DNA of 64,000 nucleotides, from assembly GCA_963719945.1 (NCBI GenBank), contig CAVRDX010000001.1, forward strand, positions 384,001 through 448,000, given 5' to 3'. Origin of the DNA: an uncultured Thermoplasmata archaeon. GTDB taxonomy: Archaea > Thermoplasmatota > Thermoplasmata > UBA10834. Shown here one piece after another: positions 10,282-19,212 of the stretch. Made by a program: the position numbers and the translations under genes. The notes under the pieces were generated by a model, which was not told the origin of the DNA, did not search any database, and saw only the letters and a program-made list of their open reading frames with translations. Position 1 is the stretch's first letter. Each line of letters opens with the position of its first letter.

Positions 10282-11032
10282 ACAACGGCCCCCCTATGAT
10301 ATAGCAGATTGTAAGTGCCAGAGCGATGCCTGTGGCGGTACGTGAGAATGCCGTATATAATTGTTGGTCGTCGACAATGGCCAGTCCTGCGATGTACGGC
10401 ATGATTGCGGCGGCGATTCCCATGGCTGAAGCTTTGGCCATCCACCCCTTCACTTTGGGATAGGGTATCTGCGATGCCATGAGCACGCTCGCAGAGACTG
10501 CGCATAGAATGACGACCACTGGAGCCTCGTCGATTGCGAAATATAGGTTGCTAGACTCACTTCCGTCGGTCGCCCCAAACAGCATGCAGACGAGCAGAAT
10601 GAACAATGCCGCTGCAGGTGCGGGCAAGCCTGTGAAGTGTCCTAGTTGATAGCCACCGACGCTGAATCTCGCTAGTCTGAATAGGCCTGCTGCCATGAAT
10701 GCTGCAGCACAGACAAGGATCGCGAAATTCTCCAACGATCCTGTCGGCGATGCGACCAATGGGTCTCTCAGTTCAGCATATATGAGCAGTGCCGGTGCAA
10801 AGGCGAATGAGATGGAATCGGAAATGGAGTCCAGGACTTGTCCTCTAGTGTGCTTGCTCCCGAATCTCCTTGCCGAGTAACCATCCAGGCCATCCATGAC
10901 CATGGATATGAGCAAGAGCCCTGTCGCATACAGATAGCTCCCAGCGACGACATATGCGATTGCGACGAATCCAAGTACGCCATTGGCGAGCGTGAAAAGA
11001 TCCCCGAATGAGACCTTACCCAGTGCGCTCAT
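10253..11032 (-). CDS. pssA: Archaetidylserine/phosphatidylserine synthase (CDP-alcohol phosphatidyltransferase)
   Basis: DGLDGYSARR...GQVLDSISDSISF, RLARF, FTGLPAP; adjacent to the decarboxylase gene. Confidence 0.88.
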   Translation of the reverse strand: MSALGKVSFGDLFTLANGVLGFVAIAYVVAGSYLYATGLLLISMVMDGLDGYSARRFGSKHTRGQVLDSISDSISFAFAPALLIYAELRDPLVASPTGSLENFAILVCAAAFMAAGLFRLARFSVGGYQLGHFTGLPAPAAALFILLVCMLFGATDGSESSNLYFAIDEAPVVVILCAVSASVLMASQIPYPKVKGWMAKASAMGIAAAIMPYIAGLAIVDDQQLYTAFSRTATGIALALTICYIIGGPLYERRKGAES

Positions 11033-11621
11033 CGAGCACCTCCGCGATGCAGGTCACTCCGGCCCTGACATTCTGACCCACATACGCTTTCAGGTCGACC
11101 TTGGTGGGTGGCAGGAATACATCTACCCTGGATCCGAACCTTATCAACGCCAATTTGCTTCCTTTCGAGACTGCGTGCCCCTTTTCTATATATGGCACAA
11201 TTCTCCGCGCAAGGATCCCGGACATATGCATGACAGACATTGGACCGATTCCTGTATCCATTTCCACTTCGATTCGCTCGTTGTTCGGTGATCGATGACT
11301 ATATGCCGGAAGGTGCTTGCCAGGATATCTGGTAACCTTCGTGATTGAACCAGAGGTCGGAGCCCTTGTGACATGGACATTGCTGAGTGAGAGATATATC
11401 GATACCAACCCTTTCGCAGGGTCTATCTCTCTTACCACTCCATCCGCAGGTGACACCACTCCGCTTCCTACAGTCCTCTCAGGGTCCCTGAAAACGAACA
11501 GGAAGAATCCCGTGAGCACCGCAAAACCGACGCAAAACGCTGCACTCACAGGGAGAAGTATGGCTGACGCTGCCGCACTCATTGCTACAAACAAACGCCC
11601 TCCCTTGGCGATCACCGACAT
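11016..11621 (-). CDS. psd: Archaetidylserine/phosphatidylserine decarboxylase proenzyme
   Basis: FRDPER, SPADG, NVHVTRAP, NER, autocleavage motif RFGSRVD. Confidence 0.92.
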   Translation of the reverse strand: MSVIAKGGRLFVAMSAAASAILLPVSAAFCVGFAVLTGFFLFVFRDPERTVGSGVVSPADGVVREIDPAKGLVSIYLSLSNVHVTRAPTSGSITKVTRYPGKHLPAYSHRSPNNERIEVEMDTGIGPMSVMHMSGILARRIVPYIEKGHAVSKGSKLALIRFGSRVDVFLPPTKVDLKAYVGQNVRAGVTCIAEVLDERTG

Positions 11622-11656
11622 ACCTCAGCTTCAGATATCCACTCAAGCACGATATC

Positions 11657-12310
11657 CTATTTAAGGAGCATCTTTGCGTCCACTACGACGACGCCCTTCG
11701 TCTTCACAAATACTGGGTTCAGATCCATCTGGTCCAGCTTGTCCATGTGTTTCTCGCCAAAGGCGGACACTGCAAGAAGAAGGTTGATTATCGCGTCTCG
11801 GTCCAGTTTTATCTTCCTGAAACCTTCGAGTATTGGCGCTGCCTTGATTTCCTTAAGCATCTCCTCTGCATCCTGTCTTCTGATCGGGACTACCCTGAAT
11901 GTCACATCCTTGTAGACTTCAGTATAGATCCCGCCTAGCCCGAACATTATGGTCAGCCCGAAAGTGCGGTCGTTGATGAGGCCAATGATGACCTCGACCT
12001 TCCTGTCCTGCATCGATTCGACCAATATGTTCTCTTTCGGGAACTTCTGACTCAGTTTGTTGAACTCCTGTTCGAACTGGTCCTTTGGTATGTCCAGAAC
12101 GACACCGCCGACATCCGTTTTGTGGAGGATATTCGGCGAACACACTTTCATAACAACTGGGAACTTGAGTTTCTTGGCATCGATCTGGTCGAAACGGTTC
12201 CCTACCTGAAAATCTGTGGTAGGTATCCCTGCCTCTCGAAGAGCTCCCTTGACCTCGTTCTCTGCCAGGGCTTTTCTGCCCTCCTTAAGCACGGAATCTA
12301 TTATTGACAC
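11657..12310 (-). CDS. acdB: ADP-forming acetyl/acyl-CoA synthetase beta subunit (ATP-grasp)
   Basis: FPVVMKVCSPNILHKTDVGGV, FGLGGIYTE, DLNP, VDAK. Confidence 0.9.
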   Translation of the reverse strand: MSIIDSVLKEGRKALAENEVKGALREAGIPTTDFQVGNRFDQIDAKKLKFPVVMKVCSPNILHKTDVGGVVLDIPKDQFEQEFNKLSQKFPKENILVESMQDRKVEVIIGLINDRTFGLTIMFGLGGIYTEVYKDVTFRVVPIRRQDAEEMLKEIKAAPILEGFRKIKLDRDAIINLLLAVSAFGEKHMDKLDQMDLNPVFVKTKGVVVVDAKMLLK

Positions 12311-12343
12311 GCTACCCCTATTTCCGGATGCGCGCTGGTCTCC

Positions 12344-12922
12344 TTAATCCTTGCCCTTGCCCTGGATGGCTTCCAACCCTAGCTTCTTGCCGAGAGCGAG
12401 CGCGGACTTGTTGAGTTCGTGGGTCGCCTTCGGGACTGATTCCAGCATGGCCTTCTCGAGGGCATTGTAAGAGACGATGTCCGAGATCTCTCTGAACGCT
12501 CCCAGCATAATCACATTGGCGACCACTCTGGTCCCCAACTCTTCCGAGACCTTGGTGACCGGTATGTAATATGCATGTCCTTGCGGCCTGCCCCTTACAA
12601 GGTCCGGGTCGATGATTATCTTGGTCTCTGGCTTGATTTCGTCTATATATTTTTCGTATGCCTGCTGGGACATAACGATAAGGTAATCTGGAATCTCGAC
12701 GAACGGGTAATGCATCTCCGTCGTGGATATCTTGACATCGCATTTGGAGTGCCCTCCCCTTGCAGAGGGACCATATGACTGGGTCTGGATCGCGCTCTTC
12801 CGCTGGGTCTTCCCATCCTTTCCGACAGGCCTGTCATAGAGTGCAGCTGCTCTGGCGGTGACTATCCCCATCAGGATGACGCCCTGTCCACCGAAGCCAG
12901 TGAACCTAATGCTTCTCTCCAT
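12344..12922 (-). CDS. korC: 2-oxoacid:ferredoxin oxidoreductase gamma subunit
   Basis: GFGGQGV, QSYGPSARGG, NVIMLG. Confidence 0.9.
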   Translation of the reverse strand: MERSIRFTGFGGQGVILMGIVTARAAALYDRPVGKDGKTQRKSAIQTQSYGPSARGGHSKCDVKISTTEMHYPFVEIPDYLIVMSQQAYEKYIDEIKPETKIIIDPDLVRGRPQGHAYYIPVTKVSEELGTRVVANVIMLGAFREISDIVSYNALEKAMLESVPKATHELNKSALALGKKLGLEAIQGKGKD

Positions 12923-13724
12923 GCTTCTCAACTCCTATGCGCTCCTGATAGCATTCCCTGTCCCTGTTCACGAACTCTCCTATTGTTATCTGGCCTGCCA
13001 TGTTGAGATCAACATGGTCGACTGCGGCACTCCGAGCTTTCTCTCTTCGGACAGAATTCTCCTTGAACCATTCGAGCATACTGGATGTGTCCACCATCTT
13101 GTTCCTGCGGCCAAAATTGGTCGGACATTGGGAAACCACCTCGATGAGGTTGAATCCCTTCTTTTCCAATGCTATCTTGATTGATTTGGTCAGTTCGTGA
13201 ACGTGCCTGGTTGTCCATCTGGCAACATAATTGGCCCCAGCAGCGACCGCGATCTCCGAAAGGTCTAGTGGGTACTCCTTGTTACCGTATGGTGTGGTAG
13301 TCGACTGGAAATCGTGCGGAGTGGTGATCGAAGCTTGTCCTCCGGTCATTCCGTAGATGTTGTTGTTGATGCAGATCACATCCATATCGATGTTCCTCCT
13401 GCATCCGTTCATAAAATGGTTGCCTCCTATTGCGCCCAGGTCACCATCGCCTGTGAATACCACTATATCCAGCTCTGGTCTAGCGAGTTTCAATCCAGTT
13501 GCGAAAGCGACTGCCCTCCCATGTGTGGTGTGCAGAGCATCGGAGTTGATGTACAACGGTATCCTGGATGAGCAGCCGATGCCGCTGACGAAGACCGTGT
13601 TGTCGAGGCTCCAATCGAGTTCCTTGAATGCCCTATAAAAGCAGTTCATCACTGTCCCGTTGCCGCATCCTGGGCAGAAGACGTGTGGCCATCTGTCCTG
13701 ACGATAGAAATCGAATATCTCCAT
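12906..13724 (-). CDS. korB: 2-oxoacid:ferredoxin oxidoreductase beta subunit
   Basis: FCPGCG, SGIGCS, HGR, GDGD...NN TPP motif, YGMTGGQ. Start is MEIFDF. Confidence 0.92.
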   Translation of the reverse strand: MEIFDFYRQDRWPHVFCPGCGNGTVMNCFYRAFKELDWSLDNTVFVSGIGCSSRIPLYINSDALHTTHGRAVAFATGLKLARPELDIVVFTGDGDLGAIGGNHFMNGCRRNIDMDVICINNNIYGMTGGQASITTPHDFQSTTTPYGNKEYPLDLSEIAVAAGANYVARWTTRHVHELTKSIKIALEKKGFNLIEVVSQCPTNFGRRNKMVDTSSMLEWFKENSVRREKARSAAVDHVDLNMAGQITIGEFVNRDRECYQERIGVEKHGEKH

Positions 13725-14854
13725 CAAATCGCCCCCATCTCTCTGAGCTTGTGCCTGACCTCTCCCGGCGTTGGCGGTTCTCCTCCTATCTTTGGGAGCA
13801 GCTCGATCTTCTTGCAGCCTGCCTCGAGCGCAATTCTCTTGATATCGTGATACAGTTGACCCATGTTCATCTCGCAAACGAGGATGTGGTCCGCCTTTGA
13901 AGCGACCTCGCGGATGGGTTCTTCCGGGAGCGGCCATATGGTCTTCAATCGGAGTAGACCGATGCGGTCATCCCCGGCTGCGACTTCTCGTGCGCCGAAA
14001 GACGCTGAACCGTATGAGATTATCATGTGCTTTGAGTCCGGGCAGAACAAGTCCCATTTGTTGATATCCCTTCGGTTCTTGGTGATCTTGTCGTTGAGTC
14101 TGGAAACGAGTTCTTGATGGACCTTCGGGTCCTCGGGCTCTATCCTAGAATCAGGTCCGTGGGTCATGCCAGTGACTGCCGTCTTGTTTCCTTTGCCGAA
14201 TGTCGGGAATGGCGGGACGAGATCATCCGGGACATCATATGCTTCATCAGTTCTGCGCACGCCCTTCTCCTTCCTATTGACAATCTTGATATTGCTGGGT
14301 ACGCTCAGGAGACCTCTCATATGGCCTATCTCTGCATCCGATAGAACGAATGTGGGCACTCTGTATTTCTCAGCGTAATTGAATGCTTTGATTGTGAGGT
14401 CGAACATCTCCTGGACACTGGCAGGTGCGAACGCGATGACCTGGTAATCTCCGTGGGACCCCCACTTGGTGGCCATCACATCTCCTTGGGACGCTCTGGT
14501 AGGCTGGCCAGTAGAAGGTCCTCCCCTCATCACATTGACTATGACTGTTGGAGTCTCGGACATTGCAGCGTATCCAATGGCCTCTTGCATCAACGAAAAG
14601 CCGGGGCCAGACGTGGCGGTCATCGATTTCGCTCCGCCCCAGGAGGCACCTATGATTGCTGAAACGCAAGCGATCTCATCCTCCATCTGTAGGAATGCGC
14701 CTCCAACTTCTGGTAGCTTCCTCGCGAGCCCTTCGGCTATCTCCGTAGACGGTGTGATCGGATACCCTGCGAAGAAATTCAAACCCGAGACCAGTGCTGC
14801 TTCCACGCATGCTTCGTTCCCCTGGAGGAAATACTCTCCTGGTGTCAGGCTCAT
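13724..14854 (-). CDS. korA: 2-oxoacid:ferredoxin oxidoreductase alpha subunit
   Basis: AGYPITPSTE, QMEDE, TATSGPG, RGGPSTG, EMNMGQ. Start is MSLTPGE. Confidence 0.92.
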   Translation of the reverse strand: MSLTPGEYFLQGNEACVEAALVSGLNFFAGYPITPSTEIAEGLARKLPEVGGAFLQMEDEIACVSAIIGASWGGAKSMTATSGPGFSLMQEAIGYAAMSETPTVIVNVMRGGPSTGQPTRASQGDVMATKWGSHGDYQVIAFAPASVQEMFDLTIKAFNYAEKYRVPTFVLSDAEIGHMRGLLSVPSNIKIVNRKEKGVRRTDEAYDVPDDLVPPFPTFGKGNKTAVTGMTHGPDSRIEPEDPKVHQELVSRLNDKITKNRRDINKWDLFCPDSKHMIISYGSASFGAREVAAGDDRIGLLRLKTIWPLPEEPIREVASKADHILVCEMNMGQLYHDIKRIALEAGCKKIELLPKIGGEPPTPGEVRHKLREMGAI

Positions 14855-15093
14855 TTCTTCTCCTCCTCTTCTGGATGCCACGATATTGCCTGGTCTGGAC
14901 AGCTGAGGACGCAGAGTTCGCAAATGAGCTTTCCTTCTCTCTTGTGATTGTAGCAATTCTGCGGTTCACTCACGACCGCAGCGAAGTATCCACGAGGAGA
15001 GATATCTGCCCCCTTCGAGTAGCACTTTTTTGGGCACATATAGATGCAGATATTGCATGCCTTGCAGTACTTCAAATCAATGACGGGTTTCAT
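14851..15093 (-). CDS. korD: 2-oxoacid:ferredoxin oxidoreductase delta subunit (ferredoxin-like)
   Basis: CKACNICIYMCP and C...CELCVLSCPD; first gene of the operon. Confidence 0.88.
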   Translation of the reverse strand: MKPVIDLKYCKACNICIYMCPKKCYSKGADISPRGYFAAVVSEPQNCYNHKREGKLICELCVLSCPDQAISWHPEEEEKK

Positions 15094-15310
15094 TTTGCTC
15101 TGCACGCGCGATTGGGCGTACGATATTTGAATGTTCGTGACATAAACGAATTCTCTAAAGCATCTACTGGCCTCTTTTCCAACTTGGTGGTCAAAATGTT
15201 GGTAAAACACGAGAAAATCATTCAATCAAACTGCTGTCGTGCTATTATGCAGTCGTGTGTTCCTAGCAAAGCATTATTACGAACCTCTTGCTAATGTCGA
15301 AACCGAGAAG

Positions 15311-16216
15311 ATGGACGCCCTTCAGAATCAGATACTGAGGCTGAAAGAAGAGAAGAACGCAGTGATACTGGGCCACAACTACCAGCGCAAAGAGGTCCAG
15401 GAGATATCGGACTTCCTCGGCGATTCGTTCGGTCTGTCTGTCCAGGCATCGAAGACGAAGGCTAGCATGATTGTCTTCTGCGGCGTGGACTTCATGGCCG
15501 AATCAGCGAAGATCCTGAATCCAGAGAAGATGGTGCTTCATCCGAACCTGAAATCGAAATGCCCTATGGCTGGTATGGTGGATGTAAAGTCACTCAGGGA
15601 GCTGAAGGCTGAGCACCCCGGGGCACCGGTCGTATCATACGTAAACACGAGCGCCGATGTCAAAGCCGAGACGGACATATGCTGCACATCCGCGAATGCT
15701 GTGAAGATTGTCCAGTCGTTGCCTGACAAGAAGATTATCTTCGTGCCGGACACAAACCTCGGCCTTTACGTTCAGCGGTTCGTCAAGGACAAGGAGATTA
15801 TCTTCTGGCCTGGATACTGTCCCACACACATGAATATCAAGAAAGACGACCTCGTCAAGCTAAGAGCCGAGCATCCTGGTGCAGAGATACTCGTCCATCC
15901 TGAGTGCACGCCGGAGATCATAGACTATGCAGACTACGCATTCTCGACTGAGGGCATCATCAAGCATATCCAGGCATCCGCAAAGAATGAATTCATAATC
16001 GGCACGGAGAGCAACATGTTGCACAGGCTCAGGCGCGAGGCTCCTGGCAAGGTCTTCTATGAGGTACCAAATGCCACCTGTCCGAACATGCGCGAGATAT
16101 CGCTCGAAGACGTTCGTGACTCACTCACTAAGATTCAATACAAGATCGAACTTCCAGCTGATATCATAAGGAAGGCGCGTGTCCCTCTGGAGCGTATGAT
16201 CAAGGCTGGCCGGTAA
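15311..16216 (+). CDS. nadA: Quinolinate synthase
   Basis: HNYQ, GDS, CGVDFMAE, YVN, CTSAN, HPEC, CPNM. Confidence 0.96.
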   Translation: MDALQNQILRLKEEKNAVILGHNYQRKEVQEISDFLGDSFGLSVQASKTKASMIVFCGVDFMAESAKILNPEKMVLHPNLKSKCPMAGMVDVKSLRELKAEHPGAPVVSYVNTSADVKAETDICCTSANAVKIVQSLPDKKIIFVPDTNLGLYVQRFVKDKEIIFWPGYCPTHMNIKKDDLVKLRAEHPGAEILVHPECTPEIIDYADYAFSTEGIIKHIQASAKNEFIIGTESNMLHRLRREAPGKVFYEVPNATCPNMREISLEDVRDSLTKIQYKIELPADIIRKARVPLERMIKAGR

Positions 16217-16227
16217 GGGACCAACTC

Positions 16228-16863
16228 TTAGGTCGCATCCATTATCGGGCCCACCATGAAGTATACTCCGAATATGATCATCAGCGCCCCGCATGTGCCA
16301 AAGACCAATTCGTGGACGAGTGGAGTCCAGAGATGTTTGCTTCTGAAAACAGCGAATGATGTGAAGCTGTACCATGCGAGGTCGCAGCTCCAGTGTACTA
16401 TCGCGAATGCGAGGACCACAATCGGTCCGAACCATTGAGCCGAGAAGATCAGCAATGCGCCAACCGTTGCCCACCATAGAAAGAAGTATGGGTTCGCGGA
16501 GGTCGTTATGATCCCCGCCATGAAGGCGCCTCCAGGTATGGAATCCTTTCCAGATGTCACGATCTCCTTTCTGCGTCTCACCATCATTATACCCATGAAG
16601 GCAAGCAGGAAACCTCCCACTAGACCTATGCCCAGCATGATCATTGAATCCTCGAATACGTAGCCCATGCTGAGGACTATCAATGCCATCAGCGGGAATT
16701 CGATCAGCCCGTGACCAAGCGCTATCCGGATGCCCGCTTTCTCATCCCTATAGCCTTTCGCTATGGTGGCCGCTAGGACTGGACCTGGCATCATGACTCC
16801 CGAGAACGATATCACGATTGCCATCCCGAAGAATATCCAGATGTTCTCACTGACTGGGTCCAC
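16228..16863 (-). CDS. LysE family translocator
   Basis: SGVMMPGP, GHGLIE, NPYFFLWW; multiple transmembrane segments. Confidence 0.88.
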   Translation of the reverse strand: MDPVSENIWIFFGMAIVISFSGVMMPGPVLAATIAKGYRDEKAGIRIALGHGLIEFPLMALIVLSMGYVFEDSMIMLGIGLVGGFLLAFMGIMMVRRRKEIVTSGKDSIPGGAFMAGIITTSANPYFFLWWATVGALLIFSAQWFGPIVVLAFAIVHWSCDLAWYSFTSFAVFRSKHLWTPLVHELVFGTCGALMIIFGVYFMVGPIMDAT

Positions 16864-16951
16864 GATACCCAGACTGTCGGGCGTGTCTATATAACCGACG
16901 CGCCGGAACCCTTGGGCCGATGCTCAAATATCACGAGCGCATTAGCTCTGA

Positions 16952-17016
16952 AAGATGATGAGAACTGGGTCAGCTGAGGTCTCATGACCTGTGATGAACC
17001 CTATGAGTGCTGAACA
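16952..17016 (+). ncRNA. Box C/D methylation guide sRNA (sR-tMet-like)
   Basis: C box ATGATGA 16955-61, 12-nt guide, D' CTGA 16974-77, GGTC/GACC hairpin, C' GTGATGA 16991-97, 12-nt guide ACCCTATGAGTG, D box CTGA 17010-13. It lies in an intergenic gap. Confidence 0.88.
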
Positions 17017-17036
17017 TCCTCGGAAAAGAATAACTC

Positions 17037-17066
17037 GGCGCACGGAACAGCGTGTCCGTGCCGCCA
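17037..17066. terminator. GC-rich hairpin between the convergent sRNA and rubrerythrin genes
   Basis: GGCG-CACGGA...TCCGTG-CCGCC imperfect inverted repeat followed by a T-run. Confidence 0.45.
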
Positions 17067-17076
17067 TTTAGTTTTT

Positions 17077-17637
17077 TTAGAGTTCGACCTTGCCGTAGTC
17101 TATCTCGCAGATCCGCTTGAAGTATCCTTTGGGGTGCTGGCAGTTGGGGCAACTTTCCGGCGCCTCATTCCCCTTATGGAGGTAGCCACAGTTGGTGCAG
17201 AACCATATCTCGCTCTTGTCTGACTTGTACAGGGAACCTGCCTTCAGTCTGTCCAAGAGCAGTCTGTATCTCTTTGCGTGGTGCTTCTCGATACTTATCA
17301 CGTGCTCGAAGAACTTGGCAGCAGCTTCATTGCCCTCTTCGCGCGCAACCTTGGCGAACTCAGGGTACATGCTGGTCCACTCATGGGTCTCGCCTTCGAA
17401 GGCCTTCTTGAGGTTCTCCTCCGTCGTTCCGACCATCTTGAGCAACTTGATGAGCATCGCTGCGTGCTCATACTCGTTCTCAGCGGTCTCCATGAAGATC
17501 TTCGCTATCGCTTGGTGACCTTCTTTGTTGGCCGCCCCGGCCCATTTGACGTACTTCGCCCTTGCCTCGCTCTCTCCTGCGAGGGCAGCTTTCAGGTTTT
17601 CTTCCGTCTTGCTCAGAATATCTCCTCGCCCAGGCAA
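17077..17637 (-). CDS. rbr: Rubrerythrin
   Basis: GESEA...NEYEHA...GETHE...IEKHH diiron motifs and a C-terminal rubredoxin CTNC...CPNC. The start is uncertain (see findings). Confidence 0.93.
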   Translation of the reverse strand: MPGRGDILSKTEENLKAALAGESEARAKYVKWAGAANKEGHQAIAKIFMETAENEYEHAAMLIKLLKMVGTTEENLKKAFEGETHEWTSMYPEFAKVAREEGNEAAAKFFEHVISIEKHHAKRYRLLLDRLKAGSLYKSDKSEIWFCTNCGYLHKGNEAPESCPNCQHPKGYFKRICEIDYGKVEL

Positions 17638-17713
17638 TCATGTACTATCATATGAATTCAACCCAGAACCTGTTCGCCAAAAGGGCACTCTCAATTCCTG
17701 TTGCTAATGGAGA

Positions 17714-18229
17714 TTAAGACTGCAGCATGACGATGTACTCGATGAATCTGCTGAGCGGCATGCCTTCATTCCAGCGCATTATGAGATTTCCCTCTTTCGA
17801 AGGTGTTATCTTGGGGAGTCGCTGGTAGATGGGTTTAAGTCTTCCATTGATCGGTCCAATGTCAAGTGTGAATATTCGCCACGCGTCCCCTCTCTGCCGC
17901 TTGTACCTGAATGCGTATATAGGCATCAGTCCCACACGCCTGCAGTCATCCATCATCTCCTGCGCTTGGATCGCGAGCTTCTCGTTTCTGCTAAACCTAA
18001 GCACATCGCTGGTGGAGCTCTTTACCTCTATCGGCAGGGAGAGTTCCGAGCGTATTGCAACGAGGTCTATTCCGAGAGAGCCAGCTCCTCTGACGACCAT
18101 AAATGGTCTCTCTCGTATCTTGAGATATCCCGCCTTCTCCTGCTCGTCGCAAGTTTTGGTAATTCTGCTGAGGACGTCCTCGTTTGCAGCAAGAATGCCC
18201 TTGAGCTCACGCTCAAAAATCTTACCCAT
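17714..18229 (-). CDS. hjc: Archaeal Holliday junction resolvase
   Basis: GKIFEREL...VRGAGS...IDLVA...IEVKS (PD-(D/E)xK). Confidence 0.85.
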   Translation of the reverse strand: MGKIFERELKGILAANEDVLSRITKTCDEQEKAGYLKIRERPFMVVRGAGSLGIDLVAIRSELSLPIEVKSSTSDVLRFSRNEKLAIQAQEMMDDCRRVGLMPIYAFRYKRQRGDAWRIFTLDIGPINGRLKPIYQRLPKITPSKEGNLIMRWNEGMPLSRFIEYIVMLQS

Positions 18230-18407
18230 CGCCTTCTGGTGCATATCCTGCTGAAGGATTAAATCCCTTTTGGGGGGTGATGCGAAAATGCATTCGCATG
18301 TCCAGGATTGATGTCTTCTCTCTGACAAACATGGAGAAACATTAATCAAGTGCTCGAATCAGTTACTTGGATGAATCGGTCATCTTGTTCAATGGAGCGA
18401 TTAGGCT

Positions 18408-18686
18408 ATGCCAAAATGTAATTGCTGGACCTTCATGAAGTGCGGAAGGGAACCTGGTGGATTCGCAACGGGTGATCTCGGGATATGCCCCGCTGCGATC
18501 GCAAACGAGCACGATGGTATCAATGATGGAAAGAATGCTGGACGGTTCTGCTGGACCGTGGCAGGAACATTATGCTCTGGGAAACCTTCTGGTAGATTCA
18601 TATCCAAGCTGTCGGTATGCATGAACTGCGAATTTTACCGTGCAGTCGTGAAGGAAGAAGGGCCGAACCTTACGGTCAAATCCTGA
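18408..18686 (+). CDS. Two-CW domain protein (Cys-rich, putative metal binding)
   Basis: NCWTFMKCGREPGG...CPA...GRFCWTVAGTLC...CMNCEFY. Confidence 0.8.
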   Translation: MPKCNCWTFMKCGREPGGFATGDLGICPAAIANEHDGINDGKNAGRFCWTVAGTLCSGKPSGRFISKLSVCMNCEFYRAVVKEEGPNLTVKS

Positions 18687-18699
18687 TAGTGCATTCTCT

Positions 18700-19212
18700 T
18701 CATTTCTCTTCGCAATACTCTATGGCTGCGCGGTCCATCTCATCCAGCTCGAGGTCGTCTGGTATGTCTGTCATGAATTTGGCCCGTTCCGATCCGGTCA
18801 AGTTTGAATCGTCGGTGATGGCCGAGTAGACTATGTACAACCTCTTTATGGTGACTTCCTTGTAGTGCCGGACGACGTCAAACATGGCTATGAGTTGCCG
18901 GCTCCTCAGAGTGACTCCACAGGTCTCCTTGGCAATCCTCGTCACCGATTCTTCGACCTTCTCATAGGTGTTGATGAATCCCGAGGGAAGCGACCACTTG
19001 CCACTGGATTCTGGCTCGATAAGCACAGTGCCCTTCTCTCCCATGACTACAAGGATGACCCTGCCCTTGCAGGGAGTGTAATCCAGGTCCGCATTTGCCC
19101 CTTTCATGTCGTACTCGAACTTGCGAACCTTCAACTCTGGTGTGCTCATGGCGAGCTCATCGATCTCATCTGCCGCCGGCAGCTCTAGGAGCATTCGTGC
19201 TGGTTTGTTCAA
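18700..19212 (-). CDS. Nudix-fold protein with degenerate Nudix box
   Basis: WSLPSG-x5-E-x7-RIAKETCGV; overlaps the aspS stop codon. Confidence 0.7.
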   Translation of the reverse strand: MNKPARMLLELPAADEIDELAMSTPELKVRKFEYDMKGANADLDYTPCKGRVILVVMGEKGTVLIEPESSGKWSLPSGFINTYEKVEESVTRIAKETCGVTLRSRQLIAMFDVVRHYKEVTIKRLYIVYSAITDDSNLTGSERAKFMTDIPDDLELDEMDRAAIEYCEEK

